Sequence record: PZ445439.1 | Reading direction: 5' to 3' (one strand) | Source: a phage | Length of the DNA: 64,000 bases | Shown here: positions 18,142 through 27,094 of the stretch, piece by piece | Layout of the letters: the number at the start of each line of letters is the position of its first letter | How positions within the stretch are numbered: the first letter of the stretch is position 1 | Made by a program: the position numbers and the translations under genes | The notes under the pieces: model-generated | Told to the model about the DNA's origin: nothing | The model's input: the letters and a program-made list of their open reading frames with translations, nothing else | Databases searched by the model: none

Positions 18142-19110
18142 TTATTTCAGAAGAGTAACCTCAGCAATTTCTTCCCAACCGTTTTTGTCGGTCATAATAA
18201 AGTCAGCAAGATAAAGAGCAGTACGCAGTGAAACATTGCGTAAACGATTAACATTGACTTTCATCCATGATAATGCTTTATAAGTTTCTTCATCAGAAAG
18301 ACCGCGCTTTTGCATCATGTCAGTTGAAAGAATAACATCTTCAACCCTGACCATAATTTCTTCATTAGTGTGAACACCTAAATCTAAATAAACTGAGCGG
18401 GACACTAATGCTTGTAAATGTGGAGCAAGTTTAGTACCACGGTCTAATTCGCGGTCAATGTCAACGTTTGTGATAAAAACAATCGTTCCTTTAAATTCAA
18501 ACTCACGCTCAATGCCTTTTTCTTCTAAGTAAGAAGATGCAGTGCTCCAGCAGACTTTACGGGTCTCTCCGGTGTCTAGAGCAGCTTTTAGAAGATTAAG
18601 AATGTCCATATCAGAGAAAACATCCACATCATCAATCAAAAGGACAGAATTCTCTTCACGATTATTCCAGAGCTGCTCATAAAGACCGATACCAGAGATT
18701 TTACCATTAATGCTTTTATACTCAATGTATCCAACATCATTTGCTTTATTTAAAGCTTTATCTAAAGAATACGTTTTACCAATACCTGCCGCACCAGAGA
18801 TAATTAATGAACGAATGTTTCCGTTAATAATACCATTCGTCATCATTCCCATAACATTAAATCTTTTATTAATGCGGGTTTTCATATCTTCATATGATTC
18901 TTTAACTTCTTCAACTTTTACACCATCATATGAAATATCTGATTTGTAAACCCAAACACCGCGACGCTTACCGTCAATTTCAACAAAAACTTTACCATCT
19001 CCTTGTGCATCCACCGGAGCATTATCTGGGAACCATTCGCCTAAGAGCTCAAAAGTTCCAGAGATTTCTTTACCGAAGTAGATACCCTTATTGATAGTTA
19101 CAGTTTTCAT
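18142..19110 (-). CDS. P-loop AAA-type ATPase
   Basis: Walker A GAAGIGKT, Walker B LLIDDVD; ATG at 19110 with GGAGAAT RBS. Confidence 0.6.
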   Translation of the reverse strand: MKTVTINKGIYFGKEISGTFELLGEWFPDNAPVDAQGDGKVFVEIDGKRRGVWVYKSDISYDGVKVEEVKESYEDMKTRINKRFNVMGMMTNGIINGNIRSLIISGAAGIGKTYSLDKALNKANDVGYIEYKSINGKISGIGLYEQLWNNREENSVLLIDDVDVFSDMDILNLLKAALDTGETRKVCWSTASSYLEEKGIEREFEFKGTIVFITNVDIDRELDRGTKLAPHLQALVSRSVYLDLGVHTNEEIMVRVEDVILSTDMMQKRGLSDEETYKALSWMKVNVNRLRNVSLRTALYLADFIMTDKNGWEEIAEVTLLK

Positions 19111-19130
19111 TTTATTCTCCAAATCCGTAT

Positions 19131-19153
19131 TAGTTGATAGTTGTATAGTACCA
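19131..19153 (-). repeat. 23-bp promoter-associated repeat (copy 2)
   Basis: identical to 17692..17714. Confidence 0.8.
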
Positions 19154-19175
19154 TAAAGCTTTATGCGTGTAAACA
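19143..19175 (-). promoter_or_regulatory. T4 early-type promoter with A/T-rich UP element
   Basis: minus strand TTTTTCACAAAACTGTTTACA...TACTATAC upstream of AAA ATPase gene. Confidence 0.55.
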
Positions 19176-19203
19176 GTTTTGTGAAAAATTTTTAAAATAA
19201 AAA

Positions 19204-19221
19204 GGGAGCCCGAAGGCTCCC
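19204..19221 (-). terminator. hairpin GGGAGCC-UUCG-GGCUCCC
   Basis: 7-bp GC stem with UUCG loop directly 3' of nucleotidyltransferase gene. Confidence 0.55.
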
Positions 19222-19223
19222 TA

Positions 19224-20237
19224 TCATTTATAATAACTTCGATGGTTTTCGAGATACACCCTTTCAAGGAAGTCATCCCAGAAACTCATGTCTACTTTTT
19301 GCTGCATACCGTTCTTAGAAGCTTCAATGGATGCTGCTTCTACTCGATCGACCACATCTTCCAAAAACTCTTGAACCGTTTTAAACGGATGCTTACCCAA
19401 CTTCACGTCGAGAATAAATGGAGCATCTTTGAGTGGATAGACCAAGTCGCCAGTTTTGTAAATTTCCAACAGTTGAAGTCCACCACGACAAGCATGACTC
19501 AGGGCTTTCCAGTCAATGCCCTCATTCGCTTCAGCCTTACGAGCGCGTTCACCATATTCAGCATCTAATTTGTTCAGTGACTGCTTAAGCTCAATAAGAG
19601 AAAGCGTTGTCTGATATTTACGACCCAGCACAGTGTAGAACGTCTGTGGGCCTGTTTTCTCATGATTATGGAATACCCATTCACAGAATTCGTTTTCTGG
19701 AAGACGATGCTTAATATCTTCAACCTTGGTACGACGCTGCTTAATAGAACCATCTTCTTGATAGTCAACCCACTGATCAGGGATTTGATTAACTACTTTC
19801 AATACATCACGTAATGCAGCCAAACGAGAACCCTTAACGCCATATTTAGAAGCTTGCTTGCGGACATATCCTAAATAGGATTTCATGTTAGTCGTATAAA
19901 AACGAGAACGGTTGTCTTGAATAAACTTCCATACGTCAGGCAAATCAGATTTAACCACTAGTTCAGGTGGAGTGTGAAGCATATCTAATGCTACAGTTTC
20001 ACCATCTGCTGCTAATTTAAAGAAATACTTAAGACTATACAATTCGTGGTCAATATCATCTTTAGTGTTTTTAGATGATGTGTTGTTAGTGTTTTTACTC
20101 ATGTGCTCTTTAACGTTTCCAATAAGAATATCACGAGCAGGAGGAACAAAAATTTCTTTAAAATCTACATCAGATTCTGGGGTAGAAGTTCCATAAAGAT
20201 GACTACCAAAATAGCTTTTCATTACTGTTTTCATCAT
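19224..20237 (-). CDS. Pol-beta superfamily nucleotidyltransferase
   Basis: GS-x10-DVD motif (YFGSHLYGTSTPESDVDF) near N-terminus; 337 aa. Confidence 0.6.
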   Translation of the reverse strand: MMKTVMKSYFGSHLYGTSTPESDVDFKEIFVPPARDILIGNVKEHMSKNTNNTSSKNTKDDIDHELYSLKYFFKLAADGETVALDMLHTPPELVVKSDLPDVWKFIQDNRSRFYTTNMKSYLGYVRKQASKYGVKGSRLAALRDVLKVVNQIPDQWVDYQEDGSIKQRRTKVEDIKHRLPENEFCEWVFHNHEKTGPQTFYTVLGRKYQTTLSLIELKQSLNKLDAEYGERARKAEANEGIDWKALSHACRGGLQLLEIYKTGDLVYPLKDAPFILDVKLGKHPFKTVQEFLEDVVDRVEAASIEASKNGMQQKVDMSFWDDFLERVYLENHRSYYK

Positions 20238-20695
20238 TCAGCCTTATATTCAATAACAGGACACACTTTAGCTTTACGGGCTTTTAAAAATTCGATAATA
20301 AGAGATTTCTTAGGTTGAATAGGAGGTAAATCTTTATACGCTCTATTAATATTTTCTACGTGTAAAGCATAATCCTTTTTCCATTTATAATTTTTATATT
20401 TTTCACGCAAACGCGCAGGAATAACAAATGAACCGATAATAAGTAAAACAACCAAAAGAGCAAGTATAAATGCCGATGGAAGAAGAGTCCATAAACTACC
20501 GAAAATAAGCCAACGTTGTAGACTTTCTGCACAAATAATTGTTAGCCCTACGAGTATAGCACACCCAAAAATAAAAACAAAAAATGTAGGGATAGCAATA
20601 GACCAAAAGTATGCACATAGTGTCTTAGGCCGTTGCCATTCGTCGTTAAACAATTTGAACAATTTATAGTGCCAAGAGTTTTCATTAATAATCAT
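20234..20695 (-). CDS. membrane protein
   Basis: 153 aa; 3 hydrophobic segments. Confidence 0.45.
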   Translation of the reverse strand: MIINENSWHYKLFKLFNDEWQRPKTLCAYFWSIAIPTFFVFIFGCAILVGLTIICAESLQRWLIFGSLWTLLPSAFILALLVVLLIIGSFVIPARLREKYKNYKWKKDYALHVENINRAYKDLPPIQPKKSLIIEFLKARKAKVCPVIEYKAE

Positions 20696-20697
20696 AA

Positions 20698-21219
20698 TTA
20701 TCCTTTCATTGAAGGTGTAATAGTTGTTAAATACTTAATCATAGCTTCAGCTTCTGATTTTGATAATGAAATTTCTCCATTGTTTTGACGAATAGAAATA
20801 AAATCCGGATGACGGTCACCACCAGCTTTTAAAACACACATATAAGTATCAGCTTCGTCTTCAATATTTGAAATGATTGAAGCAGTTCCACATGAATGTG
20901 GTTTTTGATAAATCAATACGGCTTTTCTTCCACCATTTGACTGTTCATAGGCTTTTAATACATCAAACAAATCAGTTCTTTTATCAATAGCTAAAATGTT
21001 ATTTTCATCTTCAATGTTAAATCCTTCGGATACTTCATAAAGCGTTACCCATAAATCACCAATGTCAATAACAGCATTTACGTTTCCACGGCTTTCAAGA
21101 GTATTACAAATTTTCTTGATTTCGTCATAACTCATTTTAATAATATCATCTCCTTGACTAAGGAAGATGTCATTTTTAAATTCAACACGAATTAAACCAC
21201 TTTCACTTGAAATATACAT
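20698..21219 (-). CDS. hypothetical protein (tandem paralogue A)
   Basis: 173 aa; C-terminus SKSEAEAMIKYLTTITPSM resembles neighbour. Confidence 0.5.
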   Translation of the reverse strand: MYISSESGLIRVEFKNDIFLSQGDDIIKMSYDEIKKICNTLESRGNVNAVIDIGDLWVTLYEVSEGFNIEDENNILAIDKRTDLFDVLKAYEQSNGGRKAVLIYQKPHSCGTASIISNIEDEADTYMCVLKAGGDRHPDFISIRQNNGEISLSKSEAEAMIKYLTTITPSMKG

Positions 21220-21225
21220 ATTTCC

Positions 21226-21771
21226 TCACTTTGAAATCATAGTTGGAATGACAGAATCAAGATAAGTCTTTAGCGCAATAGCTTCATCTTTGGTAAATGT
21301 GACAATATGCGATCGAAAATCATCAGTTTGACGAATAGTTAAGACATCTCCATCTTCATAGCATTTTGATACATTTAAAACAGTTTCATCATTCTGATCG
21401 CAAGCATTAGTAATAATAGCATTGCGATTTTTAAACCATTTTAAAATGTGTTTTCTTTCATTAGAATAATAAAAATATTTAATCTTAGTTATAAAATTAT
21501 CCCAATTGTTAATTGATAAGCATATAGACTCGCTTTCAATATTAAATCCTGGGCATAAAGAATAAAAATGAATTTTATGCTCATCATTAATGCTTACAAT
21601 TTTATCAGTATAAGGATTTTCAATTTGGGTTAAATGAATGATTTCACTAGGCGTAAAATATAGCATATCGTCTTCTTGTGTCAAACGATACATATTATTT
21701 ACTTTTTCTATAGCCAATTCACCAAAAAGTGAACTAACTTCTAATACTAATCGTTTTGCCTCTCCCATCAT
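21226..21771 (-). CDS. hypothetical protein (tandem paralogue B)
   Basis: 181 aa; GFNIESES and TKDEAIALKTYLDSVIPTM match paralogue A. Confidence 0.5.
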   Translation of the reverse strand: MMGEAKRLVLEVSSLFGELAIEKVNNMYRLTQEDDMLYFTPSEIIHLTQIENPYTDKIVSINDEHKIHFYSLCPGFNIESESICLSINNWDNFITKIKYFYYSNERKHILKWFKNRNAIITNACDQNDETVLNVSKCYEDGDVLTIRQTDDFRSHIVTFTKDEAIALKTYLDSVIPTMISK

Positions 21772-21935
21772 TACATGCTCCTTTGAATAATATCAATAAT
21801 GTTGTTCACCAGATTATAAGTAAACATTGGGTAATTATATTGAATCATCACATACACAACAAACAAAACTTTCATTCTCTTCTCCTTGGCAGTTGACAAG
21901 ATTACTATACCATAACCTTGCCAACTTGTAAACCG

Positions 21936-22109
21936 TTAAATGTTGTTTTCAATAAAATTTTGAAGCTTTGTATGAGCATCAACCATGATTTTCATTTCTT
22001 CTTTGGCGAAAGCTGTACCTCTTTCCCGAGAAGAATATTCATAGTCAGAAACTGCATTAGCATATTCTTCAATTAGCTTCATTAAAAACATCTGCTTTTC
22101 AGTTTTCAT
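21936..22109 (-). CDS. hypothetical small protein (below ORF-track length cut-off)
   Basis: 57 codons; ATG overlaps stop of 22099..22293 (ATGAAAACTGA); GGTGG RBS. Confidence 0.35.
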   Translation of the reverse strand: MKTEKQMFLMKLIEEYANAVSDYEYSSRERGTAFAKEEMKIMVDAHTKLQNFIENNI

Positions 22110-22293
22110 TATTCCACCTAATCATTTCAAGATATTGAACTAACTTAGCTTTGGATTTATCCAAATCCTTTTTAGCTGCTTCTATACCGTCGTATGAATA
22201 TCCTTCACAATGCTCAACTGCTAATTGATATGAATCTATTTCAATATCACGTGCTAATTTAATGATTTTTTCAAACTGTTCATGTGTTAGCAT
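22099..22293 (-). CDS. hypothetical small protein
   Basis: 64 aa ORF. Confidence 0.4.
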   Translation of the reverse strand: MLTHEQFEKIIKLARDIEIDSYQLAVEHCEGYSYDGIEAAKKDLDKSKAKLVQYLEMIRWNNEN

Positions 22294-22295
22294 AC

Positions 22296-22535
22296 TTAAA
22301 CTCTCGTATTATGATCGATAATTTCATCGAGAAACATATCTAAAGCTTCTACAGCATTATCAACTTTCGCTTCAAGTTCATCAATACCTTTATTTGCAAT
22401 GCCTGACGAAAACCAAGCAAAGTCGCTAAGTTCCTCATCTGCTTTACGAATTAAAGCCACCAATTCTTTAATCTTATCCGCTTGTTCGATACTAATCATT
22501 ATTCCACCACATATGAAAGAGAGAATATTGCACAC
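22296..22535 (-). CDS. hypothetical small acidic protein
   Basis: 79 aa ORF. Confidence 0.4.
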   Translation of the reverse strand: MCNILSFICGGIMISIEQADKIKELVALIRKADEELSDFAWFSSGIANKGIDELEAKVDNAVEALDMFLDEIIDHNTRV

Positions 22536-22687
22536 GCCATGTGAGTTGCAACTTCATCACACATATTATAGCGTTTCTTAAGAAGTTCTACAAGTTCTTC
22601 ACTAGTAACTTCATCCATGTCGACGAAAAAATCACCATTAATGATGACGTAAATATTTCCTTCTTTATTGAGTGCTTCAATTTTCAT
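22499..22687 (-). CDS. hypothetical small protein
   Basis: ATG at 22687 with AGAGGAG RBS just downstream of early promoter. Confidence 0.4.
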   Translation of the reverse strand: MKIEALNKEGNIYVIINGDFFVDMDEVTSEELVELLKKRYNMCDEVATHMACAIFSLSYVVE

Positions 22688-22713
22688 GATGTTCTCCTCT
22701 TTATCTGATAGTT

Positions 22714-22745
22714 GTATAGTACCACAGCTCAAACGGAAAGTAAAC
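22714..22745 (-). promoter_or_regulatory. T4 early-type promoter
   Basis: minus strand GGTTTAC...TACTATAC following terminator hairpin. Confidence 0.5.
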
Positions 22746-22761
22746 CGGTAAAATGAAAAAA

Positions 22762-22777
22762 GTCTCCCGAAGGAGAC
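22762..22777 (-). terminator. rho-independent terminator (GUCUCC-UUCG-GGAGAC + U-run)
   Basis: hairpin followed by TTTTTTCATTTT on minus strand, 3' of ORF 22783..23169. Confidence 0.6.
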
Positions 22778-22782
22778 TAATG

Positions 22783-23169
22783 TTATTCGAGGGAAAGAAG
22801 ATATTTACTTTGATAAAACATTCCAGTAATATCATCTATCGTGCTTTGAATGGCTGGAGGCATTTCTTTATAAATGCTGTTAGATTGGTCTAGTATGCGA
22901 TCAATCATTTTAATTGTATCGGTAGGAAGTTTACTAGCATCTGGAATTGAAGGAGTGTATTTTCTACCAGAATACCCTAAATACTGCTCACCAAATTTGT
23001 CAATCAAATCTGGTAACTCAGAAAAAATAAAATCGTATGCTTTGTGTCTAGCATAACTTTTAGTTTCAAAATGTGCAGAATGAAAATAAGCTTGTGCAGC
23101 CATTAATAAACCTAAGTATTCATCTGCCTTTGAAGGTTTTCCACTTTGTGAAAAGTCGCTGAATTTCAT
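22783..23169 (-). CDS. hypothetical protein
   Basis: 128 aa ORF coupled to rI. Confidence 0.45.
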   Translation of the reverse strand: MKFSDFSQSGKPSKADEYLGLLMAAQAYFHSAHFETKSYARHKAYDFIFSELPDLIDKFGEQYLGYSGRKYTPSIPDASKLPTDTIKMIDRILDQSNSIYKEMPPAIQSTIDDITGMFYQSKYLLSLE

Positions 23170-23459
23170 TCAGTCTCCAATTTAATGTTCATAATTCTAG
23201 CGTATGATTGTGCCATCTCCGCGCCTCGTTCTATACATTCAAAATCAGAAGAGCACGGGTCATTTTTATAGGTCGTTCTCATAAAACTATAGAATTGTTC
23301 AGACGATTCTACGCTTTTGTTTTCAAAAAGTGTATAAACATGCCTAATACCAGATTCCATAAATTTATCAAAATGAGGATCGACATTCGCTTCAATAGAT
23401 GGAGATAAAACAAATGACAATCCTAGCATGGCAAATAGTGCCGTTGCTTTTAAGGCCAT
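23166..23459 (-). CDS. rI: lysis-inhibition regulator RI (signal-anchored periplasmic protein)
   Basis: 97 aa; MALKATALFAMLGLSFVLSPSIEA signal sequence; sequence as recalled for T4 RI. Confidence 0.85.
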   Translation of the reverse strand: MALKATALFAMLGLSFVLSPSIEANVDPHFDKFMESGIRHVYTLFENKSVESSEQFYSFMRTTYKNDPCSSDFECIERGAEMAQSYARIMNIKLETE

Positions 23460-23471
23460 AAAGGCCTCCTA

Positions 23472-23684
23472 TCATTTTTGTCCTGTATTTACTTTATGCC
23501 GATGCACGGCCTTAACTTTATCAAGGTATTTTTCAAAATTTCGCAATCTGGTATAGTCTGCCGGAGATTGGTTGATTGATACTTCTCGACGCAAAGCTGA
23601 AATAACATTTCCAACTTCTCTACGAATTTCATCTAATTGAAGCACAGTAAGATTGCGAAGTTGCTTTTCAGTTAATTGTAGCAT
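23472..23684 (-). CDS. hypothetical basic protein
   Basis: 70 aa ORF between tk and rI. Confidence 0.45.
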   Translation of the reverse strand: MLQLTEKQLRNLTVLQLDEIRREVGNVISALRREVSINQSPADYTRLRNFEKYLDKVKAVHRHKVNTGQK

Positions 23685-23726
23685 ATATACCCCTTTAGTT
23701 AGATAAACCTATTTATAACTTTTGTG

Positions 23727-24308
23727 CTAATCTAGCTTTTTAGTTAATTCGTTCCAATGTTTTCTACATAAAGATACGTAAATTTCATCACCAATACAAA
23801 TTTGATCGCCTTCTTTAACTGGGGTTCCATCTTCCATTAATCGAGCGGTCATAATAGCTTTTTTACCACAGTGACAAACCGCTTTAAGCTCAATAAGTTT
23901 ATCAGCAATCGCCAAAAGTTCTTTAGAACCTTCAAATAATTTTCCAGCGAAATCAGTTCTTAATCCATAAGCCATAACAGGAACATTATATGTATCAACA
24001 ATTCGGCTTAATTGGTGTACTTGTTCAGTTTTTAAAAACTGAGCTTCATCTACAAATACGCAATGAATATCTTTTTGTGCTTCAGCCCATTTATAGAACT
24101 CGAAAATATCCATATCATCTGTAATAATATTCGCTTCCTGTTTAATTCCAATGCGAGAAACAACTTCACAGACAGAATCGCGAGTATCAATAGCAGGTTT
24201 AAGAACTAATACACCCATTCCACGTTCTTTATAATTATGCGCAGCAGTCAAAAGAGAAGCAGATTTTCCAGCATTCATTGCTGCATAAGTAAAAATTAAA
24301 CTCGCCAT
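23727..24308 (-). CDS. tk: thymidine kinase
   Basis: 193 aa; P-loop NAGKSASLL; C-terminal Cys zinc motif CHCG...C..C. Confidence 0.9.
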   Translation of the reverse strand: MASLIFTYAAMNAGKSASLLTAAHNYKERGMGVLVLKPAIDTRDSVCEVVSRIGIKQEANIITDDMDIFEFYKWAEAQKDIHCVFVDEAQFLKTEQVHQLSRIVDTYNVPVMAYGLRTDFAGKLFEGSKELLAIADKLIELKAVCHCGKKAIMTARLMEDGTPVKEGDQICIGDEIYVSLCRKHWNELTKKLD

Positions 24309-24309
24309 C

Positions 24310-24498
24310 TTAGTCCTTAGTTAAATTTTCTAAATATGTTTCTAAATCATTTTCAGCTTTATCGATAGATTTTACTAATTCGTAATATGTTTCAGCATCT
24401 CCATAATCAGAAGATAATTCAAAAGACAAATCCTTTTCTAAACTAATAATTTCACCAACTAAAAATAATATTTCGTTCTTTTGTTCGCGAGTAATCAT
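24310..24498 (-). CDS. hypothetical small acidic protein
   Basis: 62 aa; similar in pattern to the adjacent 61 aa ORF. Confidence 0.4.
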   Translation of the reverse strand: MITREQKNEILFLVGEIISLEKDLSFELSSDYGDAETYYELVKSIDKAENDLETYLENLTKD

Positions 24499-24680
24499 AC
24501 GGAATTTACATAATCAATAAGTTCTTGCTCTTTATTATCGAATTCTTTAGAAAGTTCTTCGTATTCATTTGCGCTAAAAGGACCGCATTCATCACAAACT
24601 TTTTCTAATTCACTATTTTTATCCATAACTTCGTGAATAAGAGAAAACAGCCTGTCTTTCTGTTCTTTACTTAGGCTCAT
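24495..24680 (-). CDS. hypothetical small acidic protein
   Basis: 61 aa. Confidence 0.4.
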   Translation of the reverse strand: MSLSKEQKDRLFSLIHEVMDKNSELEKVCDECGPFSANEYEELSKEFDNKEQELIDYVNSV

Positions 24681-24850
24681 AATATATCGATTCCCAAAAG
24701 TTTTAAAATGACTCGCTTTTGATTCATAACTGCAACAATTGAATGACCATTTGGGTCTTTTTGACCTGATCCAATTATAAATCCTTTTTGAGCAGAAAGT
24801 TCAATTAAAATGTCGAGTTCACGTAATAATTGATATTTCAAATCATCATT
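24677..24850 (-). CDS. hypothetical small protein (below ORF-track cut-off)
   Basis: 58 codons MNDDLKYQLLRELDIL...; start overlaps upstream stop (ATGA) and stop overlaps downstream start (TTATGA). Confidence 0.4.
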   Translation of the reverse strand, partial: NDDLKYQLLRELDILIELSAQKGFIIGSGQKDPNGHSIVAVMNQKRVILKLLGIDIL

Positions 24851-25056
24851 CATTTCGGTTTTCCTTCTTTAACGAAATCTGGATAAGGATAAAATCCTGA
24901 ATAAAATCCTTCACCTTTATGATTCGTGCACCCTTTATTAGAACAATAGCACCAATAATCAAAATCACAAGCCATTTCATCATTACATAAAGCAAAGACA
25001 ACTGGCCATTTACACTTTTCACAATGGGCATTTTTGAGAATGCTAGTTTGGCTCAT
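24850..25056 (-). CDS. Cys-rich putative zinc-binding protein
   Basis: CEKC...C...C..C...C pattern; ATG at 25056 overlaps upstream stop. Confidence 0.4.
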   Translation of the reverse strand: MSQTSILKNAHCEKCKWPVVFALCNDEMACDFDYWCYCSNKGCTNHKGEGFYSGFYPYPDFVKEGKPK

Positions 25057-25265
25057 AACCATGTAACCTTTAAGCAATATTCTTCTACGTGTTGTTTACG
25101 ACCTTTCTTATCAATAAAAGTATATTCAACATATTCACCAATATACCACTTGTCTACATTATGTGGGCTTTTTATAGGACACTTGGTTACCCGAGTTTCT
25201 ATCCAACTCCGGATAATTGAAGCTTTGTTTTTAGGGTCAAACGGATGCGGGTAATGTGCTTTCAT
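25053..25265 (-). CDS. hypothetical protein
   Basis: 70 aa ORF coupled to macro-domain gene. Confidence 0.4.
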   Translation of the reverse strand: MKAHYPHPFDPKNKASIIRSWIETRVTKCPIKSPHNVDKWYIGEYVEYTFIDKKGRKQHVEEYCLKVTWL

Positions 25266-25716
25266 AATCCACCACTATTAAATCAATATCAGGAGTAAAC
25301 ATGTCGATTAATTTAGAAACCTTATCCCAATCACCGCCAGCAATACCACAACCTATACGTGGAATATAAATTACTGGTTTAAACAAAAGGGTTTCTGCCT
25401 GTAGATTTAATTCTATCATACAGTTTACTAAAGCACCATAATCAAGATTAGGACCTGGTTCGTATTGCGTATACAGGTTGTAACATATGCCAAAACCATT
25501 AGGTTTATGTTTAAAAACTATAGACATATCACCGAGTTTTTCACGCGAACCATATTCAGTTGTGGTCTTATCTATTTCTAAAATTTTGGGATAGGCTCTT
25601 GCTAATTGACCCGCTACACCTGAACCCATTGTGTGGAAGCAATTGCACCCGTGCGCAATAATATTACCTTCAAGAAAGAGGGCGACAATATCGCCCTTGA
25701 TATATTTTACAATCAT
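25237..25716 (-). CDS. macro-domain protein (ADP-ribose binding/processing fold)
   Basis: GDIV...HGCNC...GSGVAGQL N-terminal motifs and IPRIGCGIAGG C-terminal motif, matching macro-domain signature blocks. Confidence 0.6.
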   Translation of the reverse strand: MIVKYIKGDIVALFLEGNIIAHGCNCFHTMGSGVAGQLARAYPKILEIDKTTTEYGSREKLGDMSIVFKHKPNGFGICYNLYTQYEPGPNLDYGALVNCMIELNLQAETLLFKPVIYIPRIGCGIAGGDWDKVSKLIDMFTPDIDLIVVDYESTLPASV

Positions 25717-26060
25717 CTAGTACTCAATCCTCGATTATAAGAATCTACTAAACGGTCAACCATTGAACGACAAGCGGCTTTGTCTTTTTCCTCCGCAACT
25801 GAGCATTCTAAGGTATTCCACTTTTTAGCATATCGTTTTAATAATGTATCGTTTTTGTATCTACTTGTTTTATCTCTTTCTCCGTCTTTATATGCATATA
25901 TTAATTTCTGCGCAAACTCAGATTGACATGCTTTATTTTTCCCGCAATAATCTGCCGCAGTGCGGTTCACATACTCCCTAATTTCAGTATATGATGTATC
26001 TGCTGACGCGTAAGCAGAAAATGAAATTAATCCTATACATAAAACCAAAATTTTAGTCAT
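25713..26060 (-). CDS. secreted/periplasmic Cys-containing protein
   Basis: N-terminal signal peptide MTKILVLCIGLISFSAYA; 115 aa. Confidence 0.5.
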   Translation of the reverse strand: MTKILVLCIGLISFSAYASADTSYTEIREYVNRTAADYCGKNKACQSEFAQKLIYAYKDGERDKTSRYKNDTLLKRYAKKWNTLECSVAEEKDKAACRSMVDRLVDSYNRGLSTR

Positions 26061-26598
26061 TTACTATTTCCAAAAGTTTATTATTTTTAAGGTAATTAGC
26101 CTTTTCTAGGACTTCAGAAGCATATTTAGAACCTGCTTTAACATTCCATCCCGAATTATAAGAGGATATTGCTTTTCTTATATCGCCCTTATGTATATTT
26201 AACCAATAAGAAAGTTCAATGTACGCCCATGAAGCTGAATTGGATCGTTTATTCAACATTCTTTTTATTTCAGCATCGGTCATATTATAACCAAGTTCCT
26301 TAACTCTTGCTCGCATAGTAGGCAAATAATTTTGGAACATTCCATAAGCGTGATGCTTTGGTTTAGATTTTAAATTAACTCCGCCAGAGCTTTCTTGCCA
26401 TAAAATGGCTGCCATTATATGACCTAATCCACTCTTATGAACATTTTGGTGTGTTTTATATTTTCCATCCTTAGAAAACTGTTCCCCGAATTGATACGCG
26501 TAACGCATGTTATCGAGTTGGACATTACTGAAAGTATGCTCGGAGCTATGTGCCATCATTGAAATGGCCAATAGACCAGCGAGTAGTGCTTTTCTCAT
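26053..26598 (-). CDS. secreted lytic transglycosylase-like protein (SLT domain)
   Basis: signal peptide MRKALLAGLLAISMMAHS; SLT motifs WQESSG, YGMFQ, SYNSG. Confidence 0.6.
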   Translation of the reverse strand: MRKALLAGLLAISMMAHSSEHTFSNVQLDNMRYAYQFGEQFSKDGKYKTHQNVHKSGLGHIMAAILWQESSGGVNLKSKPKHHAYGMFQNYLPTMRARVKELGYNMTDAEIKRMLNKRSNSASWAYIELSYWLNIHKGDIRKAISSYNSGWNVKAGSKYASEVLEKANYLKNNKLLEIVND

Positions 26599-26605
26599 GT
26601 TTACC

Positions 26606-27067
26606 TCATTGAGTTTTAATTACTGCTTTAGAAGCCTTTCCTGGTAAACGACGACTGTTGATAATTGCCATCCTGCATTGAAGTGACGGGTCTTTGAACT
26701 TCTCATTAGGTTTACAAACCGTAAATCCAAGCCAAAGATTTCCATCAGTGATTTCTAAACGTCCAGGGCGATATTCAATTCCATCGATAAAATCTTCATC
26801 AATATCAGGACGCGGAGGCATACTCAGGAATTCATTAACTTCTAAAACATGGTCTTTTATTTTATGGAATAATTCAAAAACATATGTCTCATCAATCTCC
26901 CGTTGAATTGCACGATCAAGAAGATGCTGAGAATATTTTAGATGAAACGATGAGACCCCTGCTGCTTTTGATGCCTCACGAATCTCATTGTTAATTTGAC
27001 GAAACTCCGACTCAAAGTGACGACGAAGCTTATTTCGACGGATAAAAACTTCTGTGTTGATAGTCAT
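26606..27067 (-). CDS. regB: sequence-specific endoribonuclease RegB
   Basis: 153 aa; position between vs-region and tk as in T4; own strong early promoter. Confidence 0.7.
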   Translation of the reverse strand: MTINTEVFIRRNKLRRHFESEFRQINNEIREASKAAGVSSFHLKYSQHLLDRAIQREIDETYVFELFHKIKDHVLEVNEFLSMPPRPDIDEDFIDGIEYRPGRLEITDGNLWLGFTVCKPNEKFKDPSLQCRMAIINSRRLPGKASKAVIKTQ

Positions 27068-27094
27068 GTTATTCTCCTCTTAACTTATAGAAAA

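Noticed and set aside
24846-25031. 61 aa ORF overlapping the Cys-rich protein gene
   Set aside because: Alternative frame; the Cys-rich frame shows start/stop coupling with both neighbours.
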